A stretch of DNA of 64,000 nucleotides from Mytilus trossulus (Eukaryota): the NCBI RefSeq assembly GCF_036588685.1, contig NC_086381.1:16926001-16990000 (forward strand), read 5' to 3'. The stretch's first letter is position 1. Every line of letters begins with the position of its first letter. A program made the position numbers and the translations under genes. The notes below the pieces were generated by a model, which had not been told where the DNA came from, did no database searches, and saw only the letters and a program-made list of their open reading frames with translations. Below, piece by piece: positions 36,801 to 51,800 of this stretch.

Positions 36801-39800
36801 ATTATTCATTTTACAGGTGAGTTTACAACACTTTTTTATCGAATGAGAAGTGTTTTTGCTGTCTAAATCGCCTTTTTTTTCAGGGTCACATACGCACATG
36901 CTATTAAATTTTAAGAAATAATGGCCATAAATCATTATTTTTCTTTGTTGATGCCCTTTTACCCCCCTAATCTCACCCATTTTCTGAAATTAATGGTTTT
37001 GAAGTTCATCCAAACAAACTTCAAACCTTAGGGAATATTTTAATGTAATAAGTAGCTTTCCAAAACAAAATTTAGAAAATAGGGGGCCAAAAATAGGCTT
37101 TATCGTACCTTGTCCTTTAACCCTCAAAAAGTTTAAATTTTACAATAAGGGAAGTGTTTACATACCATCATTGTCATCATCAGTATCACAGGCATCACCA
37201 ACTCCATCTTTATCTGTATCTATCTGATCTGTGTTAGTGACGGACGGACAGTTATCACACACATCACCTACTGTATCACTGTCAGTATCTGTTCTATCCC
37301 AACTATGTACATACGGACAGTTATCCTGTAATCAAACAACAGTTAACAGGTAAAAGTTTTCACTTTTGATTTTTAAATGCTTATAACAAACAAAACATGA
37401 TGATTTGACATGAAATTTCTTATCAATTTGTACAAATACAGGTGGGAAAGAATTGTTCATACCGTAAGCACTTTTCTAAACACCTTTTTTGTTTTGTTTT
37501 GAGCAATAAATCATCAATGTAGCCTATTATTTGACCAATATATAAAAAGGGGGATGTTTCACCTAAAGAAGTAGGTTTAGTAAGACCTCTTTTTGGCCCC
37601 AAAATATAGCAGTCTTACAAAACAGATAAAATGTAATCCTTTAGTAGAATGTTTCTGCTGCACAAATATGGGGTGTTTTTGGCAATACAATGCACATATA
37701 TCGGGTACTAACATCATTAAGTCATGCTATATTACTGAAATCTTCACAATTTTAGCATTTTAGTTAAATTTTAGATGGTTTTCGTCCTAAATAAGTGGCC
37801 GCATTCGTGTTCATTCATAATATTAAAATGAACAGTGTATTTGATGATAAGAAATAACATATATGGATGAACATAGATGGGAAATTTTATTTTTGACAAA
37901 AAAAATCTGAAAAGTGACGATTTTTGGCATATTTGATAGATTTTTTATATTTAAGCTTGAATCAGAGCGTTTCTAATTACTTAATCAGTTAAAATCTTTC
38001 ACATAAACTAATTGAATCAATTGGAATAGACATTTAAGTGTTTTTAAAATATTTCAAAATAATTTCAATAGATGAACCTGAAATTTGAGGCCGAAATCGG
38101 CCCTTACCGGACCTACTCCTTTAGTATAATTTTAAATTTGGTATTCCTGTCGAGCCATAATTGTTGAATGCTTACAACATTCCATTTTTACTAACCACAG
38201 TTACTTATAATACCTACAAAAGTATCAAAGATACAATTGTTATCTAAATCATTATTATAGCCATCAGTTATTCGTTTACCATCAATAATAAGACTTACTA
38301 AAGGATCGATAGTGCCATCATTATCTGAGTCGTTATCACAATCATCACCGATTCTGTCTCCATCAGCATCTTCTTGTCCACAATTTGGTTTCATCCGACA
38401 ATTATCCTGTAATAAACATTTTAGAGTTAGTGTGACACTCATTTTCAATAAATTAGTATACATATTTGTTTAAAAAAGCTGAATTCAACTATGGGTGCAT
38501 GATTTTCTCAGTGTTGAAGACTCATTGGTAGAAGTAGGCTGTTTCTTCTCTTCAGTCTGGTTGATGTCTCTTTGACACATTCTCAATTTTATAAACATAT
38601 GGCTTTCCTAGTTGCAAGTTTGCTTAAGTTTTGAGAAGAAATACCATTCTTCATACTTTCATAATTGTATTTAGAAATGATATCCAAGGAACAGGGCTAT
38701 TCTAGTAGGTCCTTCCAAATGATATTGAATATAATACCAATTATTCAGAAAGGACTATCACAGAAGAAGTAAGAAGACAAAAAAATCCTGCTATTATGTT
38801 GAAGTCGACAATTACAGCTCTTCACTTTGTTCCTTTTTATAAATTTTCTTTCATATAACAATTACACAGACATTTTCACCTGTGCTTGTTGCATGATTCT
38901 TTTTTCACTTTTGGAAATCCTGTGAAAAAAATAGCATATAAGTATAAAAAAAATATAAAGGATTGATTAATTCTTTTGTTCCTCGATGACATTAAATGTA
39001 GAATCCTAAGAATAACCTCAGAAACCATTGATACGTACATGATAATATCCCCGGTCTGTACATGGTAATGTTATGTCTGGGTGGTCATCTAAATCGGAAT
39101 CTTAAGAATAACCTCAGAAAACATTCATACATACCCGATAACAACCCCAGTCTGTACATGGTAATGTTATGTCTGGGTGTCCATCTAAATCTGAATCAAA
39201 ACCACAGTATTTACCAGTACCTGTGTATCCAATGTTACACTGTAACAAAATATATATTTTATAGTAAAAAGCTTCTCATAGCAAACTATCAGTCAACTGT
39301 GTATATATTTTTATTCTTATCCTTTATTTTTTTCTTATGAAAAATGCTTAAGTTTAAATACAAAGCAATGGAATATGAGTGCACCTCAATTTGAACTAAT
39401 TAAACAAACAGCTGCCACAATTTAAGAATCATTTTTAAATTTTTGGGTGCTTTGTGAACTTGTTTGTTTTTTTTCTTTCTGCATTGGTAATTGTTATTTT
39501 ACACAAATGTATTTTCTTTTCAAATTTTAAATATAAGTTTTTGTGACAGTTTTAATTTTAAAAGGTATATGTTCTTAGTCTGAGTAAAAACTAGATCTGT
39601 CAAACTGACACGAATGGCCCCTCCCTAAAAGTGTGGACACATGTGGACACAAACATGATGGTAGTCTCACATATCAAAAATCAGCTCAAAATCTGAAAGG
39701 CGTATAGAAAAAAGTCTGTTTATAACTGTGATTTTCAACAATTTATCAAAGTCCAAAGGCTGTAATTTCGGCAAAAATTAGCAGAGCAGAACGAAACGTA

Positions 39801-42800
39801 AACTTGATCTGTAACTCATCATGGTCAACTTACATACCATAAATCAGCCCAATATCTGAAGGCGTTTAGAAAAAACTCTGTCTAATGGTTTGTTGTGGAA
39901 AGACAGAATGACGGAATTACTGAATTTTGGAATTTTGGAATTTCAGACAAGCGTAAAACTATATGGCATCAACAACTTCGTTGCGGGGCCATAAAAAAGT
40001 AGCATGCTCAGATAATTCTTAAACAACATCAATTGGTAAAATGATTGCAAACTCAACACAATACAAACCTCACAAGAATACTCCCCTGGTCCTAGGTAAA
40101 TACAGGTAGCATACTGTGAACAGGTGTGTTGTCCAGTCTGACAGTAGTTAGAAGAGTAACAGTTAATACTTGGTATACCAGCATACCCTTCTGCACAAAA
40201 CCCACAGTAGTAACTACCCTGTTAAAATAAATTATCACTGTTTATCATCTGTCCAAGTGTATGACAATCTAACACATACAAAACATCAATATGGAAACAT
40301 ACTTTTTCAAACGTAACACAGTCTTTTATTACCTCCTATTTGGTATATCAAATTTCTTTAACTATATTTAAGTATTCGTGTTTGAAGCATATTTTTGATA
40401 ATCTCTATTTAAAAAAATACAATCTAATATTACCTTTTATTCTTTTAATTTTTTATATGTCATATGTTCATTTATAATAATATGATTGAATCTAAACAAA
40501 GGAACAATACAGTTTACTAGTCGATATGAATATTGTAGTGAAATTCAGTCCAGCCATATTCTACCTGTTATCTAAACTACTTTTATATATGTAATCCTTT
40601 GTCAATATCATGATGACTATAATATTTGGTTTCTTTTCAGATATAGGAAATTGTTCGGTGAATTTGAATAACTGAAAATTATATATTTTTCTTACTATAG
40701 TATTAAAGCATGGAGACAATGGATCACATCTGCCGTTATCTGTTAGACACTCATTAATATCAACACAAATCTGTTCCTGTAGGGGAGCTAACTCTTGGTT
40801 CATTAGCTCAAACACTCGGACTGTATTATTCCATGCCAGTCCATCTTCATAGGTACCAGTATATCCATATGGGCATGCTAGACACTGGTAACCAGGAACT
40901 GTGTTTATGCAGGCTGATGTGTTCCAACAGGGATGATGTAATGCACACTACAAAAGATCAAAGTCAAAGACAGCAAATATTAAAACAAACTCTTATTTTG
41001 CATGAAATATAAAAGTAAATTGATGTAAAAAGGCTTGTAAATTTAATTGTTGCATGAATAGGTTAAAAGACAAAAGATTCAATTGTCCATTATTGTTTAT
41101 CTGGTATTCATCTTTAGAATCTATTTTTTAAATAAAGTAATTGTTATTGACTTTTTTGCTTTCTATTTTCATAGATGTACCATTTGAACAACACCATCAA
41201 TATTGGTAAGTGTGGACAAATTGATAAATTTAACACTCATGAAACTTTAAACTGATTATTTCAATTATTCTTAATAATTTTGCAGCATACTTTTAATTGG
41301 ATATAAATGTGTAATACAATTCTTTATTCTTTTGGTTACACTTATACTTTTGTTTGTTAATCTTCAGAATGACCTTATAAATAGTTAAGTACAAAAAAGT
41401 GAAGAAGCCAGATATCATATCACTCAAACTCAAAGTTATATAAATCATGTGATACCTCATCTATATCAGCACAGGTTACTCCATCACCAATGAATCCTAC
41501 TGGACAGTCTAGACACTCATAACTGCCTGCTCCTTTGTTTATGCATCCTGCTCTACTTCCCCCAGCTTTAAAACAGGCTGTATTTCCCATACAAGGGCAT
41601 TCTGTAGTACTAGTACAGGCTATACATCCTACTTTCCCGTCACCAAGACTATATGATCCAACGTCACATGCATTACAGCGGTCTTTTGACTTGCTGCTAT
41701 AGTAACCAGACAGACATTTTTTACATTCTGATTGGCCCGCCTCATCCTGATATAATCCTTCTGTACATATGGAACAAAATTCTAAAAAAATCAAACAAGA
41801 GAAAAGATAAATTTTATCAAATTTATGAACAGTTTCATTAACTTTTATTTTTTCTTCTACAGCATTATGAAATCATCCAGATAAATTGTATGCTCTCACC
41901 CAAGAAGGACCCACGGGCTTAATGTTTTGGGCAATTTACCAAGAGAATCTATATTTGACGACTAAAACTGATTGATTTAACACAAAATACCATAACAACA
42001 TTTGTACAAGCTTACCATCGGTGCCCTTAGAATAAGTTCCTGGGAGACAAACGTATCTCTGGCCACCTCTACATGCATGTCCAGGCTCACAAAGTGTACA
42101 TGTGTCAGGGCAGTATGTATCATTACATCCCAATACATATGTAAAATTAGCACATGGTGTGGCGTAACCATCCTTACATATCTACAAAATATAATGTATG
42201 TGTAAAATCCAGCACATATATATAATTATAAAATGGTATGGAATTTACATCCTTAAATATCTACAAAATAGATCATAAATGTAACATCAATCAAAGGAAA
42301 TATCACAATTATCCCTTGATATGAAAAAAATATGTTACATTTCAAAAATATATGTATTTAATTCCAGAACATATGTACTACGTAAAAGATACTCATCCTT
42401 ACTAAGTACATGTATGTTATAAACATATTTGTCCAATCCATGCTGAATTCTAGTTGTTTACTGGTTGTCTTAATGTGTTACTGGTTTTGTGTAAAGAACA
42501 TTTACAGCATTTGTCCCCTATTCACATAAACAATTTCCAAATTGACCTACAGATGTCTAGTTTAGATAATTTCTGTGGTTGGATTGCTTTTTAAGTGTAT
42601 AAAATATTAACATAACATAAGTATATAGAATAGTTCTATAAAACTTTCTTTAATAGAAGAATTCAAACTATATTAGATGTATTTTTTTGTGGTTTAAGGT
42701 TGCTATTTCATTTACGTTTAACCCACTCCTCTTTCTCTCTGACATATAACCCACACCTACTTCTCTCCATATAAATATCAATATCTACCCAACCATCCAG

Positions 42801-45800
42801 ACAAGGTAAACACTCTGACTGTGCACCAAATGAATGTTCTGTAGGACTTCTATCACATGGGTCAGTTGCATTCTCACATCGTCCACACATATGTGTTTCT
42901 CCATCTCCCAGGCAATAAGAGGAGGTATAACACCTCTCACAACTGGTATCATCTGTAAATATTAGGGGGAAAATCAGAGAGGATACAAGTTTGTAAATGC
43001 TTGTTAAAATCAAATATACAATTATTTTACTTCTTAAAAGAAACTAAAACCTAAAAAACCAGATGGCTGATGTTGGCTTTTTTCATTTCTTTAATAAATT
43101 GTTTGCTATACTAAAACTTGACACATGTAAATTTAAAAAAAAATGTCTTTTAATTCTATTTGATTTTTATAAAAAAAAAAGTTGAAAATAACCCTCCAGA
43201 ATAAATATCTCCTCTTTATGAATGGTTGTCTCATTTGCATGTATACCACATTAATATACTTTTTACTCATCCTGAAAGAAATATGCTGTAAAACAGTTTT
43301 AAACAGGTCTTAAGAATAAGAGAAATTTTGATGATGACATATTTCATAGCAAGTTGTTAAACCACTTAGAAAACATTTCCAGCTTACAATAATACTGTAG
43401 TGCTAGAGGACATCCAGACAACTCCATCCTTAATCCTATGTTGTTTGTCCAATTCCTGGGGTTAATTCTGATATACTGAGACACTATTGGTGGAACAAGA
43501 TCTGTAGTCCTTATAGTATCCTGGTCATTATTACCCAAAAATATCTAAAATTAGAAATAAATTATTTGTTCTATTGACATGGTTTAAAGCATATCAGGAT
43601 TAAAACTTATTGTCATCCCTATCAAGACAATACTATTATAGATTAGTTTTCAAATATGCACTTACGTTTCTTTATGATTCACAGCTTTCATAGCACACAG
43701 AAAATATTTTTAAAACATAAGATTTTAATATACTTATATGAACATGGAATGTGCCTTGTTAACCTAACAATACTTGAATTTTGAATTTTGAATTACAATA
43801 TTTGTCCAAGCTGGTACTACATAGTAAAAAAACCTTTCCAAACTTACAAATTCCCCGCGATCATTTTTGTAAAGTATCCAGTTTCCTGCTGTTTTATGAA
43901 AATAATAAACTCTGAATGATGTAACCCAATTAGCTTCATCTTGTTGGCCTTGTAAATGTATCTGTTTAATCTGATAGAATTCTTCCATGTTGACCTCTAT
44001 GTACTGGTCAAGGTCATTGGTGCCTGCTACCCATCCTCCAGTAAGGGGACCAAAAACAGCTGTAATATATAACAATGCCAGTGGACTCAATTGTAAGAAA
44101 GTGTGTCTACTGAAGAAGGACATACGTATTATTTAGATCAACCGACTGATGATTTTAAAAGTCTAGTGGTAAATATTACATGCATATCAGGACTATAATA
44201 TATATGATAAGATATGATTATAAACCTTGCTTTTTAATAAATCATCACACTAATCTAGATTCTTAACGTGATAGTTTTACAAGGTAGCAGCTATAAGCAG
44301 ATATATAAATCACCTTGAGCCACACATTATTCTAACCCCTCCCCGTCACATTGTTTTTTCTTTTCTAAAATAATATCTTTATTGCACTTTTCTTTGCTGT
44401 TTTGACTAAATACTCGACCTATAGCAGTTGGCCGAGTATCCCTGTGAATTAGTCACTGGATAATCATGGAATTTATTCAGTGGATTCATATCTATAGATA
44501 GTTTGTTAATTTTACACTTCATAGGTAACACATACATCTGAGGTATACATTTTACCAAAAAAAAAATATTGTTTCATGATTACGGAAAATGTACAGTTTT
44601 GTCCGGTTTTGTTTCTAAAGATTATAATTAAAAGATTGTTTAAAAATTCATTTCTGAAAAGTACATAAGCGTCTATGCTTTTTTGTTCATAATTTGGTAT
44701 ATGAGTTCTTTTATGGAATGAATATATTAAGATAGTTTGGAAGAGATTTATATCTTGATACATAGGATCATGAATGTTCAATAGCCCAGTGCTGAAGTTC
44801 TTAAATCAAATATATGTGACCCGATCTTGATTTTGCTTACAAGTACATATACTTTCTTCCAAAATGCATGTAAGAATTGACATTTAAGAAAAAAATAATC
44901 GTAATCTTCAGTCAGGTAACACAAGTCACACATACTTGAGTTTTGTGTGTTCCATTGTAATAGTAATTGTTTACATATGGATATAATGGAGTAATTTCCA
45001 TTTTAACATTATATATTTGTTATTAATAAAATAATTAAATGTAAATTGTAACGTATTATTTATTGGATTAAACGATTCTAGTTTGAAGATTTTTTTTCAA
45101 TTTGGAGAATCCTATTGGTCTCTCCACATTTATGTAATTTAGATGATTGTATATGTCTTTACATGACATATTTTCAATTAGCTCTGTTTTTTTGTTAACA
45201 GTCAAAGACAAGTTTAATTTTGTTTTTACAAAAGTTTTCAACGATTTGTCAGATTTTAATGTATTAACCCATGGTTTTGGAATAGAGTTTTTCAATTTTA
45301 ACAGTTCAGAGATACAATTAGGTTTCGATGTTTATTTCCCTAATATTACTTTTTGCGAAATAATCCCTTTTTGATCTATAATGTCATTAATGAAGATAAT
45401 ACCGTCTTTTTTCCAAATAAGGTAAACTAAACATTTTCCTTTAAATTTTATATTTTTATAACCCCACAACATTTGCTGCCTAATATTTCTGTAGTTAATG
45501 ATTGATGTGTTGTTTGAAGATGTTGATGTATTGTTTGATATATACACGCTCTTTAATATGTTGAAGTGACAAGAGGGTAGTGTATTACTTAAGTTAGGTA
45601 CTGAGTTTATGTTATCTGGCATCATATGAAATATAAGGTTGTTTTTACCAAATTTGTTGAAAAAATATGTTGGAATGACTTTCCAATTGGCAAATTCCTT
45701 TGTCGGTAATCGTTTAACCTATGAAATTTTTAATGCATATAAGAAATTATCAATGTCTGTTATTTTCAGACCTCCATTTTTATAATCTTTGGAAAGTAAT

Positions 45801-48800
45801 GAACGTTTACCTTTTCTTGTTTGTTATTCCATATCAAATTGTATATAATTTTTTTTTAAATCTTTTATGTCGATTTGGGGGTATCGAAACCACCGAAGCT
45901 AAAAAAGTAAGTTTGGGTAAAATAAGTGCCTTACCAATTGTTATTCGACCTATCATTGTTAAATTTCTTTTTTCCCAATCAAGTTTTCTTTTTTTTACTG
46001 TTTCATTGTTTTTTTCAATATTTAATTTATCACATTTATTTTTATTTAATCCAAGGTAGACACCTAAACTTTAATTAGTTCTTTATTCCAGTGTATATTT
46101 TCATTTTTTTAAGTCTGCTGAACCATATACCTTCTGTTTTAGATTTATTCAGTTTTAAACAAGAAAGCGTTCCAAATAATACTATTAGGTTCAATGCTTG
46201 GTGAATTTCATATTTAGAATTGAAAAAGAGGGTTGTATCATCAGCCAATTTAGACTATGTGTAATTTTATTTTACTCCTGACCTTCAAATACCAACTTGT
46301 AAATCTTTGGATTGACCTTGACAGGAACTAAATCTGAAACCTCTGGCACTTGATCTGAACATGCTATTTACAGCCTAAGTGTTGTAACATGCAACAATTT
46401 CTGCATTTCCTTTTTTATGTATTATTCATTAACTCAAATTAACACTGAATTTCGAATTCAAATCAACATCGTATAGTAACTTCATTGTATACGTGGAAGA
46501 CTTACGATCGGACGCATTATTTCCCAATCTAGCTCTGACAGGTAGGGTCAGCTTACTCCTGGATGAAGAAGCTGACATCTGATCATCTCTTATCAACCCA
46601 TTATATATACCAATATAATCTGAGCAGGCTAAAAGTAGATGTATTTGTATTAAATTATAAATAACCCATCATATATACCAAAATAATCTGAGCAGGCTAA
46701 AAATAGATAAATGGTAATAAATAACTGAAATGGTTGTTTTTAAGACATGTGATCAAAATAAAAAAAAACATTACATACATGAAAAGTTTAAAAGGTTTAA
46801 TTTTGGAACTCGAGTTCTGATTTCCATATGCCAAAACAATATCTTGATCAAAGTTTCAATATTATTATCACTGGTGAGACCTGAAAAAACTGAGGTCATA
46901 AAATGTATGTTGAGATAATTCTAGCAAACATTATATATTATGGAAAAATCTTTTGATAAAAGTGACTGGCAATTTTTTACAAGGCTTTGAAATATGACTT
47001 CCCTTTCTTATGTCACATTAAAACTTCCTTATAAGTGTACCAAAGGATAATCACAAGGAAATGACATGTGGAGTTTTTCACCTTTCAAATATAACTTATT
47101 AGCAATGTGAAAAGCAAGTTTCTGGTATTTTTTTTCAAATTTCAGAATTTTTGTATTCTATTTACAATATGGGTGTGAACAAATAATGATAGAACTTGTG
47201 GAGTAAAACTTACTATAATTAATAATCCAGTACCCTGGTATTCTGAGGTAGACATCACCAGACGATTGGTTGACTGTGAATAACATATAAGTTCTATCTA
47301 ACCACTCATCTATTAGACACGTATTACTGATATTGACTGTAACGTTGACAGCACTACCCCTTGGTGGTGTCCCCTGATCTATCCCAACTATCTCTAACGT
47401 TAGTTCTGTGCTACCATTGTACACCTGACGTCTGATATCAGATATGTTAGTGTAATCTACTGGTGGACTGAAAACAATATAATCTGGATCATTTTACTTC
47501 TTACAACTTTTACTGCATATCAACCTTCGAAACGTTTCGTTTTAAGCACATGAAGATGAGAACACAGTGATACTTTATACGTATCATTGGTATGTTGTAT
47601 TTTTAAACACTTCCTCAACAAGGCAATAGTACGAAAACTGTCAAATAATCTCATTAAAGATACCAGGATTGAAATTTTGTATTTACACTAGACGAACTTT
47701 TCGTCTTCAAAGGACTCGTCAATGATACTTGAATAAAAAAGGTTAAAAGGTTAAAAACAAAGTTGAAGAGACTTGAGGACCACACTAACTAAAATTTTTG
47801 GCAAATACAGCTAAGGTAAACTACATATATTTCTGATGTAGGAAAGCCTTGATATGTAAAAATTTCTAAGTTTTGTAAAAAGCTTATTTATAACTATGAC
47901 TATATAAATGATGTTCTCTGGTGTATAATGGCATTGCTTAAACGTTTAGAATAAATATGCTAGGGTAAGAGTATGATTTCCATATATGATGAGCTAAATG
48001 GAGGAAAAGAAAAGGTTCTAATGAGAGCATTAAAATATAGTATTGAAGAAAGATTCATTAGTATTAGCAGTTCAAATTTATAAAACACCACAGTATTTAC
48101 ATTATTTTAAGATACTATCAACAGTACTGTACAAGCAGAAATTATCGTTGAGGTTTGAACTTCATTTATTTCGTTGAAAGAATATCTCCATGAAATTAAA
48201 CCTCCCAAGTAAATTTTACCTACATATAATAACACTTAAATTTTATGGAAACAACGAAATTAAATCCCCATGAAATCTTTCATAGAGACAAAACCACATA
48301 ATTTTAACCCCACGAAAATTAATGTTTCTACCATATCTATTATTTTGTATTTACTCATCAGTTAATACCAATTTTCCAATCAATATTGACATCTCATATC
48401 ATCTCCTCAGAGGTGTACATCCTTAAAATAATTGATCTAACCTTTCATACATTACAGGTGATATGTAGACCTGTGTCTCAGCGTTGATCCCGCTGTCAGA
48501 ATCCATTGACTGTACATTAAACAGAGGATCTAACTGTAGGATAGGTCGTGGTGTGATGTACGATATACTGGTCAAACTTGGACAGTTGTCATTCACATCT
48601 TGTACACTAACCTGTACAGATAAGGTTCTTTCATATTAGTTATAATCACTCTTTTAGGTAAATAGATTAAAAGTTAGAACAATATTTTCAGCTCATACAC
48701 CTAAAAGAAACTTAGAAGTAATAATTTTATATATTGGACCCCTTTTGTTATATAGTTTAAAATACAAGAAAACTCATGTCAAATACTTGGTATTAATAGT

Positions 48801-51800
48801 TCAATATATGAAACTCATCCATATCGTAAATAAATGAATTGCTTCTGTCTTGTTTCATTTGTAAACGTGACTGTGAAATACTGTCTTTGAACCTGAAGAT
48901 GCAGGCATAATTGGCCAAACATGTTGATCACTTAAAGTTGTAAATTAAGTGGTGTTGTCAATATTGCAGTCTATTTAAGTGTATGATTCTGAAGTTTTTA
49001 CCATTATGACAAGGACGCCTGTCAAGGCTGAGCCTGTATCTGCTACTCTCAATTAAACTTACCCTTATGATAAGGGAACCAGTCAACCCTGAGCCTGTAT
49101 CTGCTACTCTCAAAGTAAGAGTGTAAGTTTGTTCCACTTCATAGTCTAATTCTGTCACCAAGGTCAACAATACTTTACTGGTATTTATAGTAAACATTTC
49201 TGATCCAGGTGTACTTGGTTCAGGAATCATTACTTTGGAAGCACATTCTAAAATAAATTCCTTTTCTTATCCTTTCAGTAAAAAATCAATGACTTTCATA
49301 TAATTGGTCTTAGGATAAGAAATGCAAATTCATAGTCTAACAAAAGATAACAAAACTTCTGTGAGGTTTTTTTTTAGAGCAAAAAGAATGCCCTGCTGCC
49401 TCCACTCGACTTGTCTATAAAAATAATTAATTTCAATTATCTTTCTTTTAACATGCAGAACAGGGAGCACAATTATGTATGCACATCCTCATTAAGTGTT
49501 TAACAAATGTAGTCAGCACTTCGGTGTTGACATGAATATCAATTATATGGTCATTTTTAAATTTTCTGTTTACAAAACTTTGAATTTTTCGAAAAACTAA
49601 GGATTTTCTTACCCCAGGAGTAGATTACCTTAGCCGTATTTGGCACAACTTTTTGGAATTTTGAATCCTCAATGCTCTTCAACTTTGTATTTATTTGGCT
49701 TTTTAACTATTTTGATCTGAGCGTCACTGATGAGTCTTATGTAGACGAAACGCGCGTCGGCGTATAAAATTATAATCCTGGTACTTTTGATAACTATTTA
49801 CATTACTTAACGACAGAGACAGAGAGACAGGCAGACAGACACCCTAAAAAAAACTTTGTTTGAAGGAATACTCAGAGAATGGAATGTCTTTTACTGAGTG
49901 AACCATACAAATTAAAGAAATACTCTTTTTTTAAGAGAGTAAAATGCTTACCAACGTATGACGCATTTGTGCCTGTGACAAATACATATTCGTAAGTAGG
50001 TGGAGTTACTGTTGTTGCAGCATTTCTGTTAGCTATTGTGTCTTCCTTTAGAGTAAAATGTCGTGCTTCATTTCCTAAAAAAATAAATATCATGAAATTA
50101 TGAAATGAGACTTGATGTCTTTTTTAATGTAAAAATATACTGTAAAGACTTTTTAACAATCGGTTGGGTTTATTAAATACATCTTTTTACTTTTGATGAA
50201 ATGTACAAAAATAAATAATTGATTGTGTAATAAAATTTCTGCAATTATTAATATTTGTGATTTCTTGGCAAAAGTTATTATTTTAAAAATTGTATCAATA
50301 ACAAATATCAATTTCCTTTGACTTGTTTGTTAAATATTTCAACTTTAAGTTTTTAAGTTTAACAGTCGAGCATTGCCATCTATCAAACCATCAACATTTA
50401 TGTGTGTTTACGACATTTTATTCTTATGTTTTGATAGTGAGAACAGTCTTAGAACTTCTTATATACTTAAATTACCTGATATTAATTCAACTTGAAATGA
50501 TGGACCTGTAGCAAAAATATCCCAGATATTAAAATTTCCCACAATTCCATTCAGATGAAGATCTTCTTTTGGGGTAAGATGATAATTAAATGGTAATGAT
50601 CCATTCTCTGGGAGATCTACATTCTCAAACTGAATAAACAACTCTGATGTACAAGGATGTCGCTCTGCATGGAAAATTTCAAATGGGTATGTTTCTCCTA
50701 CCTGTAATATGATAGCATGGCAAAGGTTAAAATGTTGTTTGTCCATGGAACTAATGACATAAATGTTGTTACTCTTACAACAATAAAAGTACAGTTTACT
50801 TTTCGTTATTTCTCACCCAGAGCAACGGACATTGTGAAGTCAAACCTAATAAACCAAGCTTCGTTATTCAAAAGTTTCATTCTGCGTGTGAATTGTCCTG
50901 TGGAGACGCCTCAAAACAAACAGCATTTTACTAAAGTTACAGTCACATCAATTGTAATTGTCAAATTGGTACTTTATTTGATATTTATTGACAACCATGA
51001 TATCCCCTTCATAAGTATATAACCAAAAGTATATAAAACAGTGTTGATCTACTAGATGAAGTTATATTCAGAGTATATATTTGCATACATCACTTACCAC
51101 TAGTTCAACATATACAGTTGCACTTGCAAGGGGAGATAACCCAACACAATCTCCATTTATTAAAACACCTTCTTCTGGTATAACATAGCCTCCTCCTATA
51201 ATTAACCAGAATAATTTTTGATATATGTATAGTTAATGAGCTCTAAAGTTTAAACCATGGTAAATTATTTTTGTTTAAACTGAACTGCTATGCATATGGA
51301 AAAACAAATATGTATAAAATTTCCATTTTTCAATAAAACCAAAAAAACAACCCACGGAAAACTAATAACTAAGGGTGGATTATTACTTAAAGTTGACAAT
51401 TTAATTTAGTATCATATTTACAAAAAAAAAGAAAATAATAAACTTAACTTTGACATGTAATCATATCTGAAAATAATATCTAATCTCGGTCTCTTAAATA
51501 TAGTTTCTCAGTTATTTGTAAAACATCATTATTTTTTCCTTGTAGAACTTGATTTATTTTGAAGTAATTTTATTAAGATCATCTGTATAAGTGGTGTGTT
51601 ACTTGATGTGATAGAAAATTGTAAGTATTAGCTTTGTTAAAATATGCATTTACCTATTGCTGCTGACAAATCAATTTTCTGGCAAGGTACATCAGAATTT
51701 GTCCTATTTTTCACAATTTCAACGACCAGTATCTTGTTTATAAATAACCATAGTTCTTCTCCACCACCTAAAGTTATGACCTCTGACCCACTGAAGGTTA